DNA of 64,000 nucleotides. Source: Chloropicon primus (lineage: Eukaryota). Below the pieces are notes generated by a model. It ran no database searches. It was not told the DNA's origin and saw only the letters and a program-made list of their open reading frames with translations. The stretch is taken from assembly GCA_023205875.1 (NCBI GenBank), contig CP060761.1, forward strand, positions 372,001-436,000. The letters run 5' to 3'. Every line of letters starts with the position of its first letter. Position 1 is the first letter of the stretch. The position numbers and the translations under genes are program-made. This document shows, piece by piece, positions 21,949-31,675 of the stretch.

Positions 21949-22337
21949 GATGCCTCGTGTCTCTCAATTATCGATCGCGATCGATCGCTCCCACCCTTGG
22001 CCCACCACCTCTCCTCCCTCTCCAGCAGGCGCTTACCGAAAGATCGATCGATCGCGATCGATCCTCCCCCCTCCACGAAACCGATCGCGATCGCTCTGGC
22101 TTCCCTCTCCTCTCCCGATCCGATCCGATCGTTCGGCGAAAGGTCGTTACATACGGAGTGATTTTACTACATGACGTGTAACGTGTTGTATAACAAAACC
22201 CTAGTAAGTAACGTCGTTGGACGAATGGTATTTCAAAACGATCGGAGAGAGGACAGGAGAGCAGAGGAGCGCGAGGGGGTGATCGATCGCGATCGAAGGA
22301 AGCAGGGCGAAGAAGAGAGAGAGAGAGGGGAGGAAGG

Positions 22338-22688
22338 ATGGGTAACACTCCTTTGGAGGATCCTGAGCTTGCGGACAAGGACAAGGGGACGCCGCCTGCT
22401 TTGGATGAGGACGATATCAAACTTTTGAAGACGTACGGTGTGGGTCCTTACGCTTCGAACATAAAAAAGTTGGAGGAGGACGTCAAGGACTTGGTGAAGA
22501 AAGTGAATGAGCTCAGAGGTATCAAAGAGAGCGACACGGGTTTGGCTCAACCCTCGCACTGGGACCTCGTCGCGGACAAGCAAGCCATGCAAGAGGAGCA
22601 GCCTCTCCAAGTCGCAAGGTGCACCAAGATCATTAACCCGAACACCGACGACGCAAAGGTAAGACACAACACACAAACACTCAAACTT

Positions 22689-22747
<59 letters not shown>

Positions 22748-23944
22748 ATCTGTCGAGATGAAGCATCTCTTCTTCCTCTTCTTCCTCCTCCTCCCTCCGC
22801 CGCTTTCTGACGCTTCTCTCTTTCTCTCCTGTGATCTTCGTCCTCGTCTCGCAGTACGTCATCAACGTGAAGCAGATCGCCAAGTTCGTCGTTGCTTTGG
22901 GTGACCGAGTGGCTCCCACAGATATCGAGGAGGGAATGCGCGTTGGAGTGGACAGGAACAAGTACCAGATACAGATACCTTTGCCGCCCAAGATCGACCC
23001 AAGGTGAGTCTCGTCTCGTCTCGTCTCTCTCTCTTCTGTGTCTCCTGCGCTCGCGAGTGATCTGGTCTAACACCAACCTCCACCTCCTCCTCCTCCCGTT
23101 TCTTCTTCTTGTTCGTGCCAGCGTGACGATGATGACGGTGGAGGAGAAGCCGGATGTGACGTACGCGGATGTTGGAGGGAGCAAGGAGCAGATAGAGAAG
23201 ATGAGGGAGGTCGTGGAGCTCCCCATGCTTCACCCCGAGAAGTTTGTTCAGCTCGGTATCGACCCGCCCAAGGGAGTCTTGTGCTACGGCCCACCGGGAA
23301 CGGGGAAGACTCTCCTCGCCAGAGCGGTGGCGAACAGGACGGACGCCTGCTTCATCAGGGTCATCGGCTCGGAGCTCGTGCAGAAGTACGTGGGAGAGGG
23401 CGCGAGAATGGTGAGGGAACTCTTCCAGATGGCGAGGAGCAAGAAGGCTTGCATCATTTTCTTCGACGAGGTGGACGCCATCGGAGGCGCCAGGTTCGAC
23501 GACGGAGCGGGCGGGGACAACGAGGTGCAGAGGACGATGCTCGAGATCGTCAACCAGCTGGACGGGTTTGACGCCAGGGGAAACGTCAAGGTGCTTATGG
23601 CGACGAACAGGCCCGATACGCTGGACCCGGCTTTGCTCAGACCGGGAAGGCTGGACAGGAAGGTCGAGTTCGGCCTCCCTGACCTCGAGTCGAGGACGCA
23701 GATCTTTAATATTCACACGAGGGCGATGAACATTGAGAGGGGAATCAGATTCGAGCTGCTCGCGAGGCTCTGCCCGAGCTCCACGGGAGCCGACATCAGG
23801 TCCGTATGCACGGAGGCGGGCATGTTCGCCATCCGAGCCAGGAGGAAGGTCGTGATGGAGAAGGACTTCCTCGACGCCATCAACAAGGTCATCAAAGGGT
23901 ACAAAAAGTTCAGCGCAACGCCAAAGTACATGGCATACAACTAA
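22338..23944 (+). CDS. RPT1: 26S proteasome AAA ATPase RPT1/PSMC2 (exons 22338-22658, 22855-23003, 23122-23944)
   Basis: [56 protein letters not shown]; introns join in frame. Confidence 0.97.
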
Positions 23945-24040
23945 GTCCGGGTCGCTGTGCTTTCACGATGTAAAAAAACACTCACATAAATTCGTATTCA
24001 AGTCGTTCACTCTTGGTCCTACAAACAATTACATCTCTCC

Positions 24041-24628
24041 TCAAGGGAGCTCCCTGGAAGGCGCCGCCTTTGCGACCCCGAGCCTCTTTTCCATGAGCGA
24101 GTGGACCCCTGGCATGGTCACCTCGCTCTCCTCCGGCTTGTGTCCCAGCACGTCCTCGAAACCAAAGTCATCCAGCTTCCCACTCAGTGCCTCCGCCACG
24201 AGGTTCGAAGACGGAAGACCAGGAAGTCTCTGCACGCTGCTCACCCATCCGTCCACACCCATCACCATCACCACCACCAAAAACAAAAAAGAAACAAGTC
24301 GATCCCATATGCGTTCGATCCAAAGTGTGTCAGAGATCATGACAAGACGTTCGTTCGTGTGTCCGAATGGTTTGGATCCTTCTGTAACGCTTGGCCAGCG
24401 CGTGACTCACCTCTGCATCATCTTCTCCTCGATCTGCACCTTAATAGGAAACGCGGACCCAAACACGTTTTCCATCATCCTCAACTCCTTCTTCCTCTCC
24501 TTGGTCTCTTCCTCGATCAGTTTCGCTTGCAAAGGGTGCGCAGCTTGAGCATCCGCCTTCGCACTCGGCAAACCCTGCCGAAGTACGTCCACGGGCTCAT
24601 GGATGAAAGGAACCGAACCCTCCATCAT
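24041..24628 (-). CDS. UMP1: Proteasome maturation factor UMP1/POMP (exons 24628-24411, 24236-24041)
   Basis: HPLQ...NVFGSAFPIKVQIE-..QRLPGLPSSNL...GKLDDFGFEDVL...HSLMEKRLG. Confidence 0.88.
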
Positions 24629-24755
24629 CACCTCTCTCTCTCTCTCTCTCTCTTCTTGTCCTCGCGTCCGTGACTCGCGCTCTCGTCGCTCGGCGTCCGT
24701 GATTCTCTGCTCTCTCTCTCTCAAACCTAAAAAGCTCCAGGGAGGTGAACGAGGT

Positions 24756-25067
24756 GAGTTGGTGTGAGAGAATGAGGAAGATAGCGACCGCGGTGAAGGT
24801 TTGACGATCGAGGGAGTGATGTGTGCGAAGAGAGGGTCTCGTTCTCTTTCCAACGAGTGTTTGGTGGCGAAAATCCAACCAGGGACGAGGATTTGGAGAT
24901 AAAGTGGTTTTGTGGGATGCAGATGAGAGTTGAGTTTGCGTGAGAGAATGAGGAAGATGACGACTGTGGTGAAGGTTTGACGATCGAAGGAGTGCTGTGT
25001 GCGAAGAGAGAGTCTCGTCCTCTTTCCAACGAGTGTTAGGTGGAGAAAATCCAACCAGGAACGAGGA
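24756..25067. repeat. Imperfect direct duplication (~135 bp, 176-bp period) between divergent genes
   Basis: GTGAGAGAATGAGGAAGAT...GGTGAAGGTTTGACGATCGA...CTCTTTCCAACGAGTGTT...AAAATCCAACCAGG at 24764 and 24940. Confidence 0.92.
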
Positions 25068-25197
25068 CAAGAGAGACTGAAAAGTGTTTCTGTTTGGATT
25101 GGACTTGTGTTGGGAGTCCAGGTGATTCTGCCAAGGACGACGCCAAGGACGAGAGAAGAGGGGTTGAGGACGAGGAGTGTGTTTACGTGTGCGAGAG

Positions 25198-25950
25198 ATG
25201 ACCACCAAGGCGTGCTGTGATGCTGGTTTGCCGGCCAAGGCGGTGGGTGAGCCCGTCGGGAAGGTGATTGATTTGGCCAACCCTGGGGGAAAGGACTTGC
25301 CCTGCTATGTTGTGGGTGAGGGGGAGAAGGCCATCATCGCGGTGTACGACATCTTTGGATTCACCGAGAACAAGAGGACGAGACTCGTGTGCGACGAGAT
25401 GGCCGAGGCAGGGTACTCCGTCATCCTTCCTGACTTTTACCGCGGCGAGGACGTCCTCACTGGGTGTGGATCCTTTCCGCCGGAGGGAGGTATTCCAGCA
25501 GTGGTGGACTGGCTGAACAGGGTTGCTCCATTTGAGCAGGTGCTGGGTGAGATCTTCGACGTTGTCGTCAAGCACCTCGAGTCCAACGGCGCCAAGTCGA
25601 TAGGCATGGTGGGCTTCTGCTGGGGGGGCAAGGTGGTGATGCTTTCTTCCACTCGCGGCAAGGTCAAGGCCGGCGTGGGACTGCACCCGTCCTTCCTCAC
25701 GCCCGAGGACGCAGCCAACGTCGACTGCCCTCAGTTCTTCATGCCTGCTGGCGACGATCCACCAATTGAGCCGGTCTTCGACGCCCTGTCGTCCAAGCCT
25801 TTCTTCGACAAGTGCAAGAAGAAGTTGTTCGGCGAGATGTCCCACGGTTTCACGCTGAGGGCGGATATGAGCGACCCAAGCGCCGCAGGAGCGAAGCAAG
25901 CGAACGAAGCGATCGGCCTCGCCATCGACTTCTTTGGACAGCACTTGTAA
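25198..25950 (+). CDS. Dienelactone hydrolase family protein
   Basis: YDIFG, GYSVILPDFYRG, nucleophile elbow GFCWGG, AGDD, HGF. Confidence 0.92.
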   Translation: MTTKACCDAGLPAKAVGEPVGKVIDLANPGGKDLPCYVVGEGEKAIIAVYDIFGFTENKRTRLVCDEMAEAGYSVILPDFYRGEDVLTGCGSFPPEGGIPAVVDWLNRVAPFEQVLGEIFDVVVKHLESNGAKSIGMVGFCWGGKVVMLSSTRGKVKAGVGLHPSFLTPEDAANVDCPQFFMPAGDDPPIEPVFDALSSKPFFDKCKKKLFGEMSHGFTLRADMSDPSAAGAKQANEAIGLAIDFFGQHL

Positions 25951-26013
25951 ATTTGTAGAAAGGAAATAGATCGAATATATTTTTGCTCCTTTTTTTTTTT
26001 TTCTCAATGGCGG

Positions 26014-28229
26014 TCACTTGCCCCTCATGGAGTGCTTGACGTAATCAGAGCACACACCCATCATCACCTCACGTATCCAGCGCCCGTCGTCTGGCATCAT
26101 TTGGAGTATCTCATCGAACTTCTCTTTGGTGATCAAGTACACAGTCGCGTTGGAGAGCGTCATGATCGAAGCGCTTCTCCTGTCCGTTAGTCCGAGCAAC
26201 GAGAGATCTCCAAAGTACGCTCCGGGTCCCAGAGTCGCCACCTCTTTCTCCTTTCCACCAACATGAATCAGCACGCGCACTTTCCCTGACTTCAAGATGA
26301 AGAGCTCTGTCCCCGTTTCTCCCTGCTTCACGATGTATTGTTGAGGCTGAAAATATCGAACCATCACGTTCTCTGCTGTTTTCTCGATCCACAACTTGAT
26401 GTGGCTCCACTCCTTCTCCATCTCTTTCTCCTTGAAGTACTTTTCGTAGAACTTTGAAGCGACTATCACTCGCCCCACGATTCCTCGCATAATGCGCTTC
26501 CTCAGACCTATCGGTATCTCGTCCATGAGGTTGGTTTCAGTGAAGTTCACCTGCTTGGGCAACCAGACGGAGTTGAAGTAGTCCCTGACTTCTGACTGGT
26601 GGGCAGCCGAGACACTGTTCTCCCGCATGAACTCGTTGACGGCGTCGATCTTGATCCTGTACTCTGCCCTTCTCTTCCAACCCCGGTTCAGCTCTTGTAA
26701 GCCGAAAGCAACGCTCGCGAGTATAAACGCGAAGAACCCGTTGTTGAACACAATGGTGACCAGAATCGCGTTCAGCTTCTCCAAAGTCTGAACGGTATCG
26801 AATCCATCACCAGCCTTTCAAACAAGAGAAACACAAAGAGGTGGAGGTGGTGGTCAGACTGCCGAAAGTCTATCGCAAGCCCAGAGACCAAAGCACAACT
26901 TTCCTGTTTACTCACGTTACTGGCCCAGTAAAAGCAATTGATGTACAGCACCGCTCTGTCTGTAAACGTGCAGAAGTCCCCTTGCAGGACCCAGCAGTCG
27001 ATCGCGCCGCGCACGAGCTCGTCGCCGGCATCCGCTTGAGTCGTCAGCCAGTTGTTCCCGGTTCCGGCCACAACCCAATCTTTGAAACCGTTCGTCGAAG
27101 GGTTATAAGCCATTGTGATGAACCACAAGCAAGTGAAAAAGTTAGTCAGGACAATGAACAAGCAGATGAGCATGAGCATATCGCAAAGCGTGGTGCCAAA
27201 AGCATCGCTCAACCGGTTCCGCAGATGGATGCTCCGAGCCAAGCCACTGGGTATCTTCAACAGCATAAGCAGCGGAACGTAGAAGCAGATCAAGTACACT
27301 GCCTCGGGGACACAGAGGCTGTCCCCACACCCCCCCGTCCAGATGTAAAAGGTGATGGGATAAAACAAAATTGGGAGCGCGGCGAGGAAGTCCCAGAAGA
27401 AAACGGTTCGAAAGTAATTCCTCCTAATCAGCGACCGGTCCAGCACAGTGATCCCGAGCCGATTGAAACCCACGAAGAAGAACACAACGATGTCCATGAC
27501 AAAAATGACTTCGCAAACGAGTAGCACGCAGAGCGACACGTAGTCTTCATTGTTCAGCTGTTGTGATCTCAGAATTGCCAAATCGGAAACTGGCGTGAAA
27601 GCCGCCTGAATGGTCGAGTGAAAACAGGCAATCACCACGACGACCACGACGACTGTGTCCCAGTACGTCTTGAATAAACTCTGAGGGTGAATCGTAATAA
27701 AGGACCCTCCCGATTTGTGACCCAAAAGCTCAAGTTCCATCCTCCGCCTCCTCCCGCCTCCTGCGAGCCGCCGCATCGCGGCGGGGTCCTCAATCGTCTC
27801 GGCGTCCACCAAGGACGAATACTCTGTGCTGGGCTTCTCCATGAAATCCCTGGTCCTTTGGGAGAACACCCCCCAGAGCCCCTTCACCCAAGCCACCCCC
27901 GCGCGCCTCTCCACCGCCGCCGCCCGCTTTCCAGAATCCCCCCTCGACCGCTTCGCGTGCAGGAGGGAGGAGATCATGTAGGCCCGCGTCTTGAACTTGT
28001 TCCTCGCTTTCCTGCTCCTCAGCTCACACGACCGCACCTCCCCCCTGCTGCTCAGGTGGGACGCAAAGCTGCTGCATGTCGCTGTCGTCGTCGTCGTCGT
28101 CTCAGCCTCACCGACGTCGAGCAACTTGAAGGAAGTCGAGCAGGACCTGAACGAGTGCCCATCCTCCTCGGAGGCGGACACGTACTCCTCATCCTCATCC
28201 CCACACGTCGTCGTGTCCACCATCACCAT
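26014..28229 (-). CDS. 6-TM ion channel with cyclic-nucleotide-binding domain (exons 28229-26916, 26814-26014)
   Basis: IHPQSLFKTYWD, DIVVFF, IRRNYFRTVFFWDFLAALP, C-linker, CNBD 'VKQGETGTELFILKSG...LGPGAYFGDLSLL...RRSASI'. A 101-nt GT-AG intron joins the two ORFs in frame. Confidence 0.85.
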
Positions 28230-28650
28230 GTAACGCTCGAGCCTGAGCCCGGGCGTTATCTTTTTCGGAGACCAGTAAAAAAGCAAAATTTCAATAAAAA
28301 AGGGTTTTGATTTTTCTTCTCCTTCGGTCAAAACACACAACACAATTCATCACCCTTGCTCGACGACGACGACGACGACGACGACGAAGTGGTAAGCCCG
28401 AGCGAGGTGAGGCTAATCGGCCTCCCGTCCTCCCGTCCTCTCTCTCTCTCTCTCTCTTGCGATGGCGATTGGTTGCAACGTAACGCGTAACGCTTCCCAC
28501 TGCCAAGGTTTTGGGGCAGCCAAGGTTTTGGGGTTCCCTCTCCGTGTGTGTGCTTGCTGACTTGCGTCCGCTCCCTCGTCGCGGTTTCGTTTTGTTGTGG
28601 CTCGGGTCATCTCATCTCGTGCAGGAAGGTAGACACGTGCCCGAGAGTGA

Positions 28651-29361
28651 ATGACCATGAAAGCCAAAGCATCGACCGTACTTGTTCTTCTTGTGCTGGC
28701 ATCTGCCTTGATGGCCCTGATGGTGAGGGGTGATGTGGCTGGGATCTGCGCAAACGACCCAGAGCTCGCCCCCTTGGCGGAGTCCAATCCTCAGGTCGCC
28801 CAGTGCTGCCAGCAGTTCGACACACTGTTCGCGAACATCGACGCCGTCTTGCAGCAGGGTGTCACGGCGCTCGTTCCCGTCATGGGGTGCACGGTGCTGC
28901 CCCCCGTGGAGCTGAGCCAGGGCTGCTACCAGGACCTCCTCGCAGCGGGCGCGAACTGCTACTACGAGACCAACATGATGGTTCAGTTCTTCAACGACAC
29001 TGGTCTGCTCGGAACCGCTTTGGATGCGAAAGAGAGTGGCAACTTGACCGAAGCGACGGGGGCGCTCCCCACCGAGGACGCGTTCAAGCAGCAGGCCATC
29101 GATTACATCCCAACGGCGCAGAAGAACCTCGAAGCCCTCACCGGGAACCCTGACATCAATCCGCTGTGCTGCCAGAGCATCAAGAAGCTCGTGGCGGACA
29201 AGTGCGCGTGCGAGGAGAAGCCCATGACGTTCGTGAACTCGAGGTTGGAAAAGGTTGGCTTGGACCTCGCCAACTACATGGACTTGGCGAAAACGGTTGT
29301 CAGCAAAATGAATTGCGACGGGGCGGATCAGCTCGAAGTGTATCCAAATTGCGTGGCGTGA
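28651..29361 (+). CDS. Secreted cysteine-rich protein of unknown function
   Basis: Hydrophobic signal peptide; 12 Cys including two CC pairs and a CAC; strong coding-like codon usage. Confidence 0.8.
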   Translation: MTMKAKASTVLVLLVLASALMALMVRGDVAGICANDPELAPLAESNPQVAQCCQQFDTLFANIDAVLQQGVTALVPVMGCTVLPPVELSQGCYQDLLAAGANCYYETNMMVQFFNDTGLLGTALDAKESGNLTEATGALPTEDAFKQQAIDYIPTAQKNLEALTGNPDINPLCCQSIKKLVADKCACEEKPMTFVNSRLEKVGLDLANYMDLAKTVVSKMNCDGADQLEVYPNCVA

Positions 29362-29436
29362 GCGGAAGCGGACCATTTTTTTTACAGCAGAGCGACAAAC
29401 AAACCATTTTCATTGAAAAATACATCCTTTCTTTTC

Positions 29437-30018
29437 TTACACGTCGTCGTCGCCGTTGCGCCCTTCTCGCCGATCGTCGGATCCCTCCGCCTCCTCCTTC
29501 TTCCTGCCCCGAGGCCAGAGCACTGCGGGGATCCTGAACCAACCCTGCTTCCGCTCGGCTCGCATTCTCTCCACCTGCTGCTGAAGCACTCTGTTCTCCT
29601 CCCTGCTTTCCTCCAGCCTCTGGCTGAGGTCCCTCACCTTGGAGTCGATGGTCTCCAACCTCTCCGCAACAGCTTTGGCCTCGCTCTCCCTCCCGCTGCC
29701 CTTGGAGGGATCCCCCTGCTGCTTTGACACCCGCGTGGTCCGGAAGGACTCGCCACCTTGCTCCACTATCTCGTCCATGTCCCGCCTCGCGTAGACCATA
29801 GCAGCATAAAGCCCAGCAGGCGGGATCAATGCCAAGAACAAGTTCCAAAGCTTCCAATCCAACCTCTCGTGCATCCGAACCCTCCCACCCTTGTCCTCCC
29901 TGAACAAGTTGGCGAAGCCCTGCACCACATTGTCACTCCCCTTCGATGGTGGTGGTGATGGTGTTGGCTTTGATCCCAAAGGCTTGCCAGTCAGGAGGGA
30001 GGCGAACCTTCGATACAT
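29437..30018 (-). CDS. Hypothetical single-TM + coiled-coil protein, possibly mitochondrial
   Basis: MYRRFASLL start; TM WNLFLALIPPAGLYAAMVY; heptad region AVAERLETIDSKVRDLSQRLEE. Confidence 0.65.
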   Translation of the reverse strand: MYRRFASLLTGKPLGSKPTPSPPPSKGSDNVVQGFANLFREDKGGRVRMHERLDWKLWNLFLALIPPAGLYAAMVYARRDMDEIVEQGGESFRTTRVSKQQGDPSKGSGRESEAKAVAERLETIDSKVRDLSQRLEESREENRVLQQQVERMRAERKQGWFRIPAVLWPRGRKKEEAEGSDDRREGRNGDDDV

Positions 30019-30316
30019 GGAGCCCGATGCGCCCCCGCGAGCGTTACTTTCCACCACAAGAGACGTTTCAAACGGACCGAAGCATACCTCCCCTCGTCCC
30101 TCGTCGCTTGATATCAATCCAATGGCAATGGTTCTTCCCTTCCTCCCCAGTCCTTGGATCTCTCTCGAGTTCAAGTCATGGTAAGTGAGTGAGGGGTCGT
30201 TCGAAAGCCCTTGAGACGAAGGAATGAAGCGATGGACCTCTCCGGTGGTCAAGATGGCGGATCTCTTCGCATCCACCGTCAACGGGGACGCGTTCCTCAC
30301 TCGCTCGCTCGCTCCA

Positions 30317-30679
30317 CCTCTCCCGTCCTCGTCCTTTTCCTTTCAGAGAGAGAGAAAGAGAAGGAATGAAGCTGGTGATGAAGCTGTTTTGGATGAACAG
30401 GAGGAGGAGAGGTGATGATGGATGGCATGGTTTAGGCAAAAGCGTCGAGGTCTTGCTTGAACTTGGACAGAGAGATCTCTGTGGACACTTGCCTCTGTCC
30501 TCTCCTCTCCCGTCCTCGTCCTTTTCCTTTCAGAGAGAGAGAAAGAGAAGGAATGAAGCTGGTGATGAAGCTGTTTTGGATGAACAGGAGGAGGAGAGGT
30601 GATGATGGATGGCATGGTTTAGGCAAAAGCGTCGAGGTCTTGCTTGAACTTGGACAAAGGAATCTCCGTGGACACTTGG
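30317..30679. repeat. Near-perfect ~175-bp direct duplication (187-bp period) of the 3' end of the neighbouring gene
   Basis: TCCCGTCCTCGTCCTTTTCC...GTGGACACTT at 30321 and 30508; the copy re-encodes QVSTEISLSKFKQDLDAFA*. Confidence 0.95.
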
Positions 30680-31200
30680 ATGCCGGATGTGTTGTCCTTG
30701 AGGCCGAAGAGAACCTTGGCTTGGAAGACGGTGGGGTGGGCGTTCGGGTTCACGAAGAAACTGACTTCCAGGGAACCTTCCGCGTCGTCGTCTTGTCGCA
30801 AAATCTCGGAAGAGGTTCTCGTCCTCAGCTTGAGCTTCACGTTATCGAGCCTCCTCGGCCTCTCCCACGTTTCCTTCTCCTTGAAGAGGTCAAAGACTTT
30901 GAGGGTCGCCTGCTTCAGCTCGTGCGCCGCGGCGTTATCGACCGGGAACTTCATGGTGGAGTCGCCCACATGAAGCGTCAAGAGATTCAGGGAATGAAAA
31001 GAGTCCACGGAGTCATCTAGCTTGTCTCTGACTGCCGATCGGACGGACACCGGTCTAACCGACCTCCCTGAAGGGCACAGCCTTCCCTTGCCGAGCCTCG
31101 CGGGGATGGACCTCGCCCTCTCCGTCGTCGCGTGCGCGGACCTCTTGCCCATGGCCAAGCATGTCATCCGTCGACCACGCGAGCATGGCGTACTCCACAT
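30619..31200 (-). CDS. Hypothetical plastid-targeted protein, resembles a small cyanobacterial hypothetical family
   Basis: Arg/Ser-rich transit-like N-terminus; 'FFVNPNAHPTVFQAKVL...STEIPLSK' recalls cyanobacterial 'FCNPNIWPTPFAAKVL..TTEAEL' (from memory, unverified). Confidence 0.6.
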   Translation of the reverse strand: MWSTPCSRGRRMTCLAMGKRSAHATTERARSIPARLGKGRLCPSGRSVRPVSVRSAVRDKLDDSVDSFHSLNLLTLHVGDSTMKFPVDNAAAHELKQATLKVFDLFKEKETWERPRRLDNVKLKLRTRTSSEILRQDDDAEGSLEVSFFVNPNAHPTVFQAKVLFGLKDNTSGIQVSTEIPLSKFKQDLDAFA

Positions 31201-31675
31201 CCTCAACAGCTCTCCACTCGATCCTTTTCCCTCTGGTCTCCACCTCTCGAGTCCTCTACCCCTCCAGGGATCCCAACCTTATCCACAAGCAGATGACGCT
31301 ATACGTTGTCAAATCCTTCAACCGAGGTAGCAATCGAAAGCCCTCGAGAACAACTTTGGATTGAGATCCCCCGTGATCGAATTCCGTCCCCTCCCTTCGC
31401 CTCCTGCCTTCCCTGCCGTCTTCCTCTCCCTCTTGTGCGCTCCAGAGGTGAGAAAGTGCTTTCACTTTTTTGTGGACAGAGAGAGAGAAGAGAGGAGAGA
31501 GGAGAGGCGCGACGAACAGGAGGAGGCTGAGGCAGCGGGCGGCGAGGAAGCGGGAGGCGTCGTGGTAGGCGGGTAGATCTTCTCGCGAGCTTTCCAAAGA
31601 CCCCCAACTCGACCAGGTTTCGTCCAACCTTCTGGCCCAGTGGAGGGAAGAGGAAAGCTCCGCCACGAACAGGGG

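Noticed and set aside
22686..22745. (CT)n(GT)n and similar simple repeats (also 5656, 12435, 15349, 38862, 53379, 56253)
   Set aside because: Ordinary intronic/UTR microsatellites, ubiquitous in this window.
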